In this document: positions 27,978 through 40,771 of the stretch, piece after piece
Numbering within the stretch: the stretch's first letter is position 1
Layout: every line of letters starts with the position of its first letter
NCBI GenBank assembly: GCA_051294375.1
Contig: CM119264.1
Coordinates: 9,541,157-9,605,156, forward strand
DNA from: Paraspadella gotoi
Lineage: Eukaryota > Animalia > Chaetognatha
Direction: 5' to 3'
Length of the DNA stretch: 64,000 bases
Made by a program: the position numbers and the translations under genes
Notes under the pieces: generated by a model
What the model was told of the DNA's origin: nothing
The model's input: only the letters and a program-made list of their open reading frames with translations
The model's database searches: none

Positions 27978-28073
27978 GAAGACGACGACGAAGACGACGA
28001 CGAAGACGACGACGAAGACGACGACGAAGACGACGACGAAGACGACGACGAAGACGACGACGAAGACGACGAC
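27978..28073. repeat. 12-bp tandem repeat (GAAGACGACGAC)x8
   Basis: Eight perfect units counted directly. Confidence 0.95.
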
Positions 28074-28210
28074 GTCAATCGACGAATAAATGGCGTCCCT
28101 CGTTTCCACTTCCGGCTTAGAATCCGAAATGTTTGTCATTGGAAGGAAAGTAAGAGAGGGAGAGAAGAAAGGAGGTGAGAGAGGGAGAGAAAGAGAGGAT
28201 GAGAGAGAGC

Positions 28211-28267
<57 letters not shown>

Positions 28268-28440
28268 TCTGAAGTGAAAAGAAACTCTCGGTCCGATTTT
28301 TCCCCACTTCCCCCTCAAGGTCAGAAAAGGAGGCTGACTCCAATAAAACTTTGCGCAAAGTCTGTCTGGTGAGTTCTATTTTAAGGGGGAATTGGAACCG
28401 GAGATAGAGAGAGAGAGGTGGAAGGGGGAGAGAGAGAGAG

Positions 28441-28481
<41 letters not shown>

Positions 28482-29269
28482 TGCGTTAGTGGTAGTTAAG
28501 GAGAAAGAGAGGAAGAAAAAAGAAAATCTAAAATCCTGATTCGATCTTGTGGTGGAGCAACGAATACATTAAAGGTCAGTGATTGCTGAAGGAACATTTA
28601 AAAATAAACTAGAGGCTGAAAGAAAAGGAAAGAAAAAAAGGGCGGGTGGGGATTAGGAGAAAAGTAGTCAAGAAGAGATGAAAGGTAGTAAATTGGAATT
28701 TTCTCACATCTGTTTTAAAGTTACTAATTTATATTTATATTTATTTATGATATATATATTAGTAATTTAAGACTGAAAAGTAAAAAAATATCTAATAATT
28801 TTGTTTTTCATATCATGAAAAACCAAATTACTTACTACATTAATCATATTTAAAGAAGGTTGTGCCTTACCTCTTTTCCCCGATCTTTTCTAATTAATTG
28901 CTTTTTTAGTTTCTTGTTGCTCGTTTATACAGAGCCTTCTCCCGAATTTAAATAAACAAGTACCTTACTTTCTTATCCCCATTTTCACTCTCCATTTTCT
29001 CCTTTAGTCGCGTATCTTCGAGTACGCTCCCGTTATGCCAGCCTCTCGCGACGCCATGATTAAATAAGATTCTTCCCCGAAGGGAAAACCGAAATAAAAA
29101 CGAAGTAAAAATGAAATAAAAACTTGATAAAAAAGAAAGAGAAAAGCTTTGAAAAGATAAAGAAAAAAAAATAGAGATGGAGAGAAAATTGCAAAATGGA
29201 AAGTATAAAATTGAAAACAAAAAATGGCAACATTGATGGTTTGTGAGATAGATTATAGAGAGCAGAGAG

Positions 29270-29349
<80 letters not shown>

Positions 29350-30131
29350 GGAGAGAGAGAGTTTTTTCTTCATATAAACCCCATTTCTGCAGCGGCGGGC
29401 GCACGTCCGTTGCATGTATCTCACGTACGCATGAATTTTCGACGCCCATTTTCCGGTTGGCGTCGATTGCGTCGGTCGCGCAATAAAGACTCTACGACCG
29501 CACGTTCGTAAGACGTAGCCTAGGCGGTCACGCTGATCTCGATACTTTTTGGGCGGCGTCTCTCCGAAAGAGGGCGCGCCACTTCGGCTGAACCTTATTC
29601 GGCCGTTTATCTTGGTCGAAGAGGCGTCACCGCTGGCGGAGATGAAGACGACGTGACGAAGTCGTTGGAGAAAATCGAGATTCCATTGGTTCGACGAGGC
29701 TCCCCACTGAGCCCAATCGAAGATATTTTTTTTATTGTCTGCCACTTTCCATTTTTTAGTGAAATTATGGCGACAAATTTGTTTTTAAAGTCTTTGAGTT
29801 CCTCTTTTTCTCCTTTGATTTGATTCTCTTAAGTCGTATTGTATTTCATTAAATGCTTAATATTATTACAGAAAATAAAACGTCGTAGTTGCCATGAGGT
29901 TCGATCAGTCCAGTCACCAATATGGCATCGAAATAAAAAAAAAGGTTACTAATAAACTTGACATGGAAGCCTTTTTCATTTTCAACTCACCTAAACGCTA
30001 AAGAGTAAAGACGACCCAAAAGCGTTTTTATCGGAGTCAGAGAAACGCCGATACCGCAGACGTTTCTGACGTCTCCGCCTCTTGCTTCTCGAATCGGGAA
30101 TACTCGTGAGCTTTGCCCTCTCTCTGCCTGG

Positions 30132-30257
<126 letters not shown>

Positions 30258-31259
30258 CCCACCCAAATCCGATCGCCGAGGGTTACGCGAATTCAGCACA
30301 AAATTCGTTTTCTCTTCTACTCTTTTTTTTTTTTCTCTTTTTTTCTTTTCTTCTTTTCCTTTTCTCTTGTCTGTTTTCGGTTGCGAGAATTCTCTTCGAA
30401 ATTTCGCTTTTTCTTCTGCTTCGAAGATTTTCCATCAATTTTCTCCTCATTTTTCCGCTGAACAGTTTCTCTTTCTCGAAGCGCGCGTTTTCTATGGCTG
30501 TTTCTTTTTTTTTTCCTATTTTTTTTTTTTGATGGCTCAATTTTTGGGCTCGATATGTTTGTGTGCTTCTCAGACATGTTTCTGACAAATGAGAAAAAAA
30601 AATAAGAAAAATAAAAATTAAACACCATCTTGTTGGTTGTTATGTACTTTGACGTTAAAATTTCTAGTTTTCCTATTTACGATTGGCTCACAGTTTTCTT
30701 GACTTTTTGAGCCGGTCGGTCAGTCCGTCCTTCCCACCGACGGAGCGGCGACGGCTCTAACGTTGGAGGTGCGAAAGCCTTCACCTCGCGATTAAATTGC
30801 ACTCCCAGGCCACTTGCAGAAACGACCTTCCATTTTGTTTCCGTCCCTTGTTCTGTTTATGATCTTATAATGTATTATATTTGAAATCAAAACTGACAAT
30901 ATACATCCGTGACAAGTATTGGCGTAATGCTAACAGATTCGAGAATAAAAAACTATAAAATTTTAATAATTAGACTTAGATATTAATTGCTATCTAGTTT
31001 ATTCCTTGTAAACGTGTTCGAATCAGAATTTCATCTAAAATAAAACAAACTATTAAAGCAAAAAAAAAAAAAAAACTTGATTATTAGAGAGTTTAGTTCG
31101 TGTTGACTACAGCATGACACATTTAATTAGCAATGGATGTGTAAGCGAAAAAAACTCATCGATAACGACAACAACAACAACAGCCAACTCGAGGTCGTTT
31201 CGGAGACCTCGTCTCTCGTCTCGAAATGATTGCGAATTATGATAAAAACTGGTAAGTAA

Positions 31260-31311
<52 letters not shown>

Positions 31312-33317
31312 AAGAGAGAGAGAAAAAAATGCCATTAGCAGCATCGCCATCGCTGGATGGCGTTTTAATGAAGCACTTTCTTCTCCTCATCTGCTCCCCT
31401 TTGAATTTTCTTTCTCCATTTTTTTTCCTTCTTTTATTTTCTTATTTCGCTTTTCTCACTTTATTCGTTTTCATGCTTTTCCCGCCGATTCGTCTTCGTA
31501 AGAGCAGGAAGAGAAAAAATTGGAGGAACAGAGATAAGGATGAAGAGAAAAAGAGGAGGAAAGGGGGAAAAGAGGTTATGGTTAAGGAAAAGCGAGAAGG
31601 AAAAAAAGAAAGAAAAGAAGCGAGCTAAGAATATGGGGTTAAAACGAAAGGGAGAGAAAAAAGATAGGAGAAGAGAAGTAATAAGAAAAGGAGACGACAG
31701 AGGAGAATAAAAAGTGAGAATTACTTCTATCAATTTATTAATTTTAGGCTGAATTTCTTATTAAGAAAAAGCTTCTACCATTTTGTTTTAATGACGGCAT
31801 TTTGATTTTTCGACTGCTAGAGGTTTTGGATATGCACGCACCAGTCGCTTCACAAAAGGTAAGGGAAAATTCATATAAAAACATACATTCGACAATATGA
31901 CACGTATTTCCCCCAACTCTAATCCTGTAAAAGAGCATCAGAATTACCCTCGAAATGGTTCCAGGAGTAATCCGACAACCAAGAGAAGAAAAAAAAAACC
32001 CCGGTTGTCAGAAGGAATCATTTCTCATTGAGGGTTTATTTTTTCTCTCAGCATCTGTCCAGTGTCCACTCTCGTCTCTATTTGTTTCCAAATCCTCGAT
32101 GTTCTCATTATCCTCTTGTCATCATGGAGCCTTAGATTGGCTCCAACGGCTTCCCCGCTCTCACGATCATTCACAACTCGGTGAAAATAATGAAAAATAA
32201 ACAATCGAGCGATTAAAAGATTGAGCGATCTAATACAATATCTTTTTACCGACTTTGTTTACTAATTTTTTTATCATAGTATCAACAATTGTATTTTAGT
32301 AGTATTATTTTTATGAAATTAAATTTTTTTTTTATTTTTAACAGATTTTAAATCCCTTTAGAAAATTTTGTAAAATACGTATATTATAAGATATATTAAC
32401 GTTTGGAAATCATTCTTACTAGAGAATTTAAACCTTTCGTTAAAGGCCGTTGCCATGGTGACAATTTTTCAAAAATTTGAATCCGGATATTTTTTGTTAA
32501 TAAATCTTTTATTTCACTAATTTTTATGAATTTTTTTTTAGAGCGTCCCAATATTAAATATTTAAAATTATGCTAAAGAATTATTCGTTTAGGAAGAAAG
32601 AGACAGACTGACCGAAGAATCATTAACACAATCGACACAAAAATTTGTTCGATTACGAAAGTCGAGAAGAGTGAAAGAGAAATTCTTCGTAGAATTCTTA
32701 GGTCACCAAAACATGATTAGTTCAGTTAATATTTCATTTCGGTATTTGCTTTTCGATTTTATTTATTTTTTTTTTTTGGTTGCTCCAAAAAATAATGAAG
32801 GACGTCGGAAAGGCCGATGGGTTCGACCCCAATCTCTCCCATCGACATCTCCTCGACCGTTGATGCATATTGCATAATCTCGTCGGAATAATCTCGACCA
32901 AATCATCTCCTGAGTTTATGTCTTTTTATAAAAAAAATAAAAAATATCGCGATCGAAGAATAACGACGATAATAACGACGACAGCGACGACGCACCGTCG
33001 ACTATTGGTTACAATAAAGTCGGGTCAATGTCCGCAAAAGACGAAGAGAGGAAAGAAAAAGGGGATATGACTTCGCTTCGACTTAAGGAGCAAACATCTG
33101 GGACGCCTCTAAGGTGTTTTCAATCCAATCGAGGTAAGTATGGTTGGAATTTTTATGAAAACCAAATTCACGTTTAATAACCAACTCCTCAGTCTATATT
33201 CGTAACGTAAGAGATAGATTTTTGGAATAATACCAAATAAGATTGATGAATTCAATTGCAGTTATTATTATTTAGTATTATTTAGTATTATATCCAAAAA
33301 TCTATCTCTTACAATAA

Positions 33318-33353
<36 letters not shown>

Positions 33354-33380
33354 CCTCTCTCTCTCTCTCTTCTCTCTCTT

Positions 33381-33432
<52 letters not shown>

Positions 33433-34447
33433 CTTTCAAAAACGCCGGGAACCGAGTCAAACAATCGGGCGTCGGAGTAAATGGACGCAATAAGACTTGA
33501 TAGTGTTTGCGATGGCGTTGCATCTTAACAGGCGGCGTCGGCGGCATCGGCGGCGTCGGCGGCGTCGGTCGCGTCGGAATTGGCGGGGAAAATAAACGCC
33601 CCGTGGGAAAGCGAAGCCGAGAGACGTCGGAGAGAGGTGGCGCTGGCGCTGGGAGGCGAAGAACGGCGGAGAAACGAAAAGACAAAGGATAATCCGAGTC
33701 GCGCGCCGACGATAATTCTCCGCCCCGCTCTTTCCTTCTTTCTCTCTTTTGTTTTTTTTTTTTTTTTCTTTTTCTTCATCTATTTATTTGTTTGGCTCGA
33801 ATCTAATTTCGCAGATCAGAAGAGATAAAACAAACATTTGTGGTTCTAAAACTGATCCGCTTCGGTCGAGACTGAGAAATAAATTGAAATTCCACTGGAG
33901 CCCTCGAATGTGTGGAAACAAATTGAGTCTGAGAATTTTCTCGACCATCGAAAGGTAATAGCTTATAAGCACGGGTAGATATTAATCATTAAGTCCCATC
34001 CTACTTAGCGTGGCAAAAAACGATCCGCCAGAATTTTTTTCAAACTACAAAAGTTTGCATCAGAAGTTGATTAGCCGGTGATTTGACCAAGAAAAGGCTT
34101 TTAATGCTGATGCAGGGATAATTTGCGAAAAATAAATAAATGAAGGGCTGAGAAAAGAAATGGAAAATGTGTGGAAAATCAAATAAAATGCAAAAAGGAG
34201 AATATTTAATAAACCGCAAGAAATGGTTTTTAAAAATGCCAACATTATAACAATTTGAAAAAAAGTAATAAAGGATATAGAATATATTGACAAAAAGAGG
34301 AAAAATTAAGCAGGCAAGCAGTAAAAAAAGTAAAAAAAAAAACGCACCTTTTATGCGGTTGCGTAGGTTTTGGTGATTTAGACGCGTCGAAAGACCGTTC
34401 GCTTTACATAAGACTTTTCTTTCTCGTTCGTTCCCTTTCACGCTTTG

Positions 34448-34561
<114 letters not shown>

Positions 34562-34927
34562 AAAACGATGATTGTATCGTGAACCGAGATGATCGTTAGC
34601 ACTTTTTTCACTTGAACAGATTTAGGAGTGACCTGAAACTTAACCGCCGTTTATGCTTACTACTTACTCTCCTTGTAATTCTCGTTCGTCTTTTGTTTAT
34701 TTAGTAGAAAATTATTTCGTTTATTTCTTTATCTCTTTTATTCTTCATTCATTCCATCTCCCTGTTTCGATTCTCTCCATGTTTCGTGAAAACCCTTGCC
34801 TGTGATTTTTCAGTTCATCCCCCTTTAAACTTCAAACATTTCCCTGGACGCATCTCTTTTTCTCTTATCTTCTTCTCCGCTCCCTCTGCCTCGCGCCTCT
34901 CTGTCTCTCTCTCCTCTCTCTCTCTCA

Positions 34928-34974
<47 letters not shown>

Positions 34975-35199
34975 TTCTCTCTCTCTCTCTCCTCTCTCCT
35001 CTCTCTCTCTCTCTTCTCTCTCTCCTCTCTCTCTCTCATCTCTCTCTCTCTCTCTCAAAGTTTTGGAGGTTTTCCGCGGCCAAAAAGGCACAAATCCTTC
35101 GCACTTTAATTCTTCGTCCGTTTTGCATGGGAATGGCTGATGTCGCGCGGAAGAAGTGATAGACAGCGAGCCGAGTCAGGGGAGCGAGAGGAAGAGAGA

Positions 35200-35238
<39 letters not shown>

Positions 35239-36858
35239 AGAGAGAGAGGAGAGAGAGAGAGAGAGAAGAGAGAGGGAGAGAGAGAGAAAGGCAGGCAAGG
35301 GTCATCGCGGAGATTTTTTTTCGGTCGCTATTCCCTTCTTATTTTTTTCAGATCAGAATCTCATTCTCTAAACTTACGAATTTCCTCTTTTCTACCTTCT
35401 GCCGCAGTCTTTAGCTAACTTCTCCTTGCTGCAGGATTCTGCTGCGGCATTTCGATTCAGCAGCCGCACCTCGTCTTTTATCGCGACGCCGACGGACGTA
35501 CATTTTGCAGCCTCAGCTTTCGGAAGGATTCGACGACAGAAATTCGGAGATTGGAACATAAAAACTCTGCGGGAATTGAGGAAGTGGAATTAGGGTGGAA
35601 AAATAGGAAGGTGGGAGGAGCAACGGGGAAGGTGGGAGGTGGATAGAGGAAGGGGGATATTGAAAAATGAAGGTGGGAGTTTGAAATAGGAAGGTGGGTG
35701 GAGGGAATATTAATGTAGGTGGAGGGCAACATCGACCATTTCGTTTTTTTTTCTCTCGCGTATAAATATTTTTCCCTTCCAATATCTTTTTTTTTTCTCC
35801 TCATTTCTCCATTATTTTTTCCGCCCTTTTTATTAAGTTTTTCAAACTCTTTTTATTAGATTCCACTTTACGTGGTATTTTTTTCCCCCAACGATTATCT
35901 TTCCGTTTATTCAGGGATATTTTTACCTTATTTTTTCGTTTCAATATTCTTTTATTTTTCACAAACTTTGTTTCTTAACTTATATAATTTAGTTCTTATT
36001 TCGTTAAACCTCCTTTTTTCACTTACTCGATTCAATTTAGGCTAAACTCATATCTTTCTTCATTTCCATTTCATAATATTCACTTTTTTGTCTCTTTAAC
36101 TCCTCATCTAAATTTTTTCACTTCTTTCACTTTCCCATTTCCATTTTCACATTTGTCATCTCATTTTTTCACATTCTCTTCCATATTCTTTTCCACGTTC
36201 CTTTCCTTTGCCATTTCCCATTTCCCATTTCCCATTTTTCCATCTCTCTTCACAACTGAAATAAACTTTTTCGTTAAAAGGAATGAGATAAAAAAAACCT
36301 TGAATCGATTCCATGGCTGAGAAATAAATGCGGCTCTAGTTCTCACTTCTTTTTTAATTAATAAAAGAAAAAAACGAAAGGAACGAATGGAAAAAAAAAA
36401 ATCACAAATCACAAAGCACGCGGATGAAAATCTTTGAATCATTTATTTTCTAATTTAGCCACGCGGCAAAACACGTACCGGCATTTGCACCGGCGGCCGC
36501 AGCTTCAGCTGCACAGAAAACTTGGTAGACCATCTGCCACATTTAATTATTTACCGACGATGACATCGGAATTCAGGACGACAACAGGAGAATGAAGCAT
36601 GACAATAGGCTGCTTTGTAATTTCGTGATTTAAAAATTGTTCCTCTCTCTTCCGACTTACATAAAGACATCGACGTTTCTTATTGCTCTTAGATTGGACG
36701 ATCTCGTCGAATGAGAGTGCCTCTGTCGGCCACGCGTAGTAACTACAAAGTGACAATAGTCGCCATTTTGTTTTCCTATTCCTCGTTTTCCTTTCTCAAA
36801 CTTTTTTTCGCTAGTTTGTTATTTTTTTGGGAGGTTTTTACGTTTTTTTGTGACTTTC

Positions 36859-37393
36859 GCCTATCATTTCGCTTTTCCCTTTTTTCGGACATTTTTTTTA
36901 TCATTACTTTTCCCAGACTTTTTTTTCGACAGTTGGACAGTCGTAACAATGACCCAGCAAGGATAGCTTGTAAAGATTTATTGGCTGAATTTAAAAAAAA
37001 TATAGTTAGTAGGGCTTGTCAAAAGGCCACAATGCCATATAATCTCACATTTATTACTTACGAGTTTCTGGTTCTCCTCTTACAATCTCTAACCCAGCCT
37101 CATAAGCGAACCTCTTTCAGGTCCCATTTCGCAACTTCCCGCCGTTTGCCCCGTTGGCACACCCCGCCAGGACCCTCTCACGGTCCCAATGTGTCCGCGA
37201 TTTATGGTCGGCTGGCGCAACCTCGATCACCCAGCCTCCTTTCAACCACTGCGTGCGCAGGGCGATGGGAGGAAGAAAAAAAAGGAAAGAGAGAAAATTG
37301 GAATTTCCTGGCACCAATATTGCCAAATATTGGTTGTCCATGAGCAACAAGATGTTTGACCATCTTTCAGAAAAAGAAAGAGAGAGAGAGAGA

Positions 37394-37426
<33 letters not shown>

Positions 37427-37427
37427 G

Positions 37428-37466
<39 letters not shown>

Positions 37467-37851
37467 AGAAGAGGAGAGAGAAAAAAAAAAAGCAAAAGAG
37501 GCGTTCAGCGTTCTCCGAAAAAGAGTGAGGTCAAGGAGAAGAAATAAGGAGAAAAAGAACGAGAAGCAAAGGAGAAAGTAAAAAGGTGGAGGCAAAAAAA
37601 GGGAAAATAGAAAAAAGGGGAAAAAAGGAAATAAGAGGAGGATTTGGTCTTTAGTGGAGCGCGATGGTCCGGAGGTAAGACGGAGGTTGCGACGGAAGGG
37701 GAGAAAGCAAAATACGAATCGGAGAACGTTAATTTCGGGTCGTGGTAAGAGAAGGAATGTCGTACACAACACACAAAGACAGACAAAGTGATGAGGATAA
37801 GAGAAGAGAAAGGATTTAAAAAATAAAAGGAAGGAAGGAGAAGAGAGAGAG

Positions 37852-37900
<49 letters not shown>

Positions 37901-40132
37901 AGAGAGAGGGAGACAAATCCGACTGTCCCGCAAAATAACAATAGACTCGTCAGAGAAAAGGCTTTTTCCCCGCCCATTCGTATCGAGTAGCTTCTCGGAA
38001 GCGCAGCGGAGACAACGAAGGAGGGTGAAACTGAATGAGGAAAACTGATTTTGGTTTTACGTACAGTATGAGTATTAAAAAATAAAGAAAGATAAGAAAA
38101 AAAAAAGAAGAAAAAAATAAGAAGAAAAAAGTAAAAGAAAGAAAGAAAAACAGAAAGAAAGAAAAAAGAAAGAAAGATATAGAAGAAAAGAAAGAAAGAA
38201 AGATAAGAAAAAGAAGAAAGAAGAAAGAAAGAGAAAAGATAAAAATATAAAAAAAAGAAAAAAAAAAGATTGAATGCTATTGCTATTAAATTTTATCGAA
38301 ATTAAATAAAGTAAATAGTATCTATAAACTTTATTTTTAATTTATTGCAGTTGTTATGTACAAAAATGTTTTATAATTGACCCTCGACATTCCGGGCGAT
38401 TGGAATATGTATGTAGAATACGGACTAAAAATCGATTCTCGACTCAACTGACAGGAAAAAAGACGTCAAATGAATTAATAGTTTTTCTCACGTTGAACTC
38501 GAGATTTCTCAAATCGGTTTTGACGTTCGCCCATTGAAGAAATCTATATTTTTTTATCCGATTAATGTATTTAACTTTTTTCTTGATATTTGCTCTTTCG
38601 TAAATATCATTGGTACTAATTAAATTAGTTTCTTTAGAGAGAAAGGATGTTAGGGTTAGTGGAATAGAAAAGATGGATAGGGCAGAAACCAGGTAAGAGG
38701 GGGAGAGTTAAATAAGGTAACTAGTATGATGGAGGAGTAGATAGTGTGTGGATGGAAAGCAGAGATGAGACGAGAGAGATGAGAGAGAAGAGAGAGAGAA
38801 AAGTGAGAGAGAGAGAGAAGAAGAGAGAGAGAGAGATGAAGTCAGAGAGAGAGAAGGAAGAGAAAAGAGAACGGAAGAGGAAGAGAAGGGAGCCGAGATA
38901 AGAACGCTCCATCCTAAATTATATGATGTGAAAGAAACTAATTTATAGTACCAATATAATTTACGAAAGAGCCAAATATCAAGAAAAAAAGTTAATATAC
39001 TTAATCAGATAAAAAAAATATAGCAATATCTCTTCAATGGGCGAACGTCAAAAACCGATTTGCAGAAATCTCGAGTTCAACGTCGAGACAAAAACTTATT
39101 AATTCATTTGAACGTCTTTTTTCCTGATCAGTTGAGTCAGAAATCGATTTTAGTCCCGTATTCTATCATACATATTTCCAATACGCCCGGAATGTCGAAG
39201 GTTGTCATTATAAAACATTTTTTGTACAATAACAACTACAATAAATTAAAATTAATAAGTTTAAGATAACTATTTACTTTTATTTAATTTTCGATAAAAT
39301 TTATAATAGCAATAGCATTCAATCTTTTTTTTTTCTTTTTTTTATTTTATTTCTTTCTTCTTCTTCTCTTCTTCTTTCTTCTTTTTTCTTATCTTTTCTT
39401 TCTTTCTTTTTCTTGATCTTTCTTTCTTTTTCTTTCTTTCTTTTTTCTTTCTTTCTTACTTGTTTATCTTATCTGATCTTTCTTTTTTTTTCTTATCTTT
39501 CTTTCTTTTTCTTTAATACTCATACTGTACGTAAAACCAAAATCGATTTCCTCATCAGTTTCACCCTTCCCTCATCGTTTGTCTCCGCTGCGCTTCCGAG
39601 AAGCTACTCGATCGATGGGCGGGGAAAAAGCCCATTTTCTCTGACGAGTCTATTGTTATTTTGCGGGACAGTCGGTATTGTCTCCCTCTTCTCTCTCTCT
39701 CTCTTTCTCGTCTCTTCTCGCTCTCTTCTCTCTCTCTCTCCCTCTTCTCCTTCTCCTTTCCTTCTTCTTTTTTTAAATCCTTTCTCTTCTCTTATCCTCA
39801 TCACTTTGTCTGTCCTTTGTTTTGTGTACGACTTCCTTTCTCTTCCACGACCGAATTAACGTTCTCCGAATTCGTATTTTGTTTCTCCCTTTCCGTCGCA
39901 ACCTCCGTCTTACCTCCGGACCATCGCGCTCACACTAAAGACACAAATCCTCCTCTTATTTCCTTTTTTTCCCCTTTTTTCTAATTTTCCTTTTTTTGCC
40001 TCCACCTTTTTACTTTCTTCCTTTGCTTATGCTTCTTTTTTCTCCTTATTTCTTTACCTTGACCTCACTCTTTTTCGGAGAACGCTGTAAGACCTCTTTG
40101 CTTTTTTTTCTTCTCCTCTCTCTCTCTCCTTC

Positions 40133-40195
<63 letters not shown>

Positions 40196-40771
40196 GTATC
40201 TTCTCTCTCTCTTTCTTTTCTGACAAGATGGTCCAAACAATCTTGTTGCTCATAGACAACCAATATTTGGCATATACTTGGTGCACAGGAAATTCCAATT
40301 TTCTCTCTTTCCTTTTTTTTCTTCCCCTTCCATCGCCTGCGCACGCAGTGCGTTGAAAGGAGGCTGGTGAATCCGAGGTTGCGCCAGCCGACCATACAAA
40401 TCAGCGGGACCAACATTGGACACGTGAGACCGGTCCCTGGCTCGAGGGTGTGCCAACGGGCGCAAACGGCGGGAAGTTGCGAAATGCGGACCTGAAAGAG
40501 GTTCGCATTATGAAGGCTTGGTTTAGAGATGTAAATAGGAGAACCAGAAACTCGGTATAGTAATTAAATGTGTGAGATTAATATGGCATTGTGGCCTTTT
40601 GTAACAAGCCCTACCTAACTATTATCTTCTTTTTAAATTCAGCCAATAAATCTTTACAAGCTATCTCTTCTGGGTCATTGTTTACGACTGTCCAACGTCT
40701 GAAAAAAAAAGTCTGGGAAAAGTAATGAATAAAAAAAAATGTCCGAAAAAAGGGAAAAGCGAAATGATGGC
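36859..40771. repeat. ~1.8-kb inverted repeat (arms 36859-38635 and 38931-40771; ~295-bp spacer), probably a long-read fold-back artefact
   Basis: ATCATTTCGCTTTTCCCTTTTTTCGGAC pairs with GTCCGAAAAAAGGGAAAAGCGAAATGAT at the outer ends; AAATTAGTTTCTTT pairs with AAAGAAACTAATTT at the inner ends; arms differ by many small indels. Confidence 0.92.

Noticed and set aside
28948-29745. 265-aa minus-strand ORF over a CpG-rich patch
   Set aside because: No recognisable domain; runs through a CT microsatellite and T-rich low-complexity sequence
36711-37343. 210-aa ORF
   Set aside because: Phe-rich low complexity, no domain, and the frame is not preserved in the inverted copy
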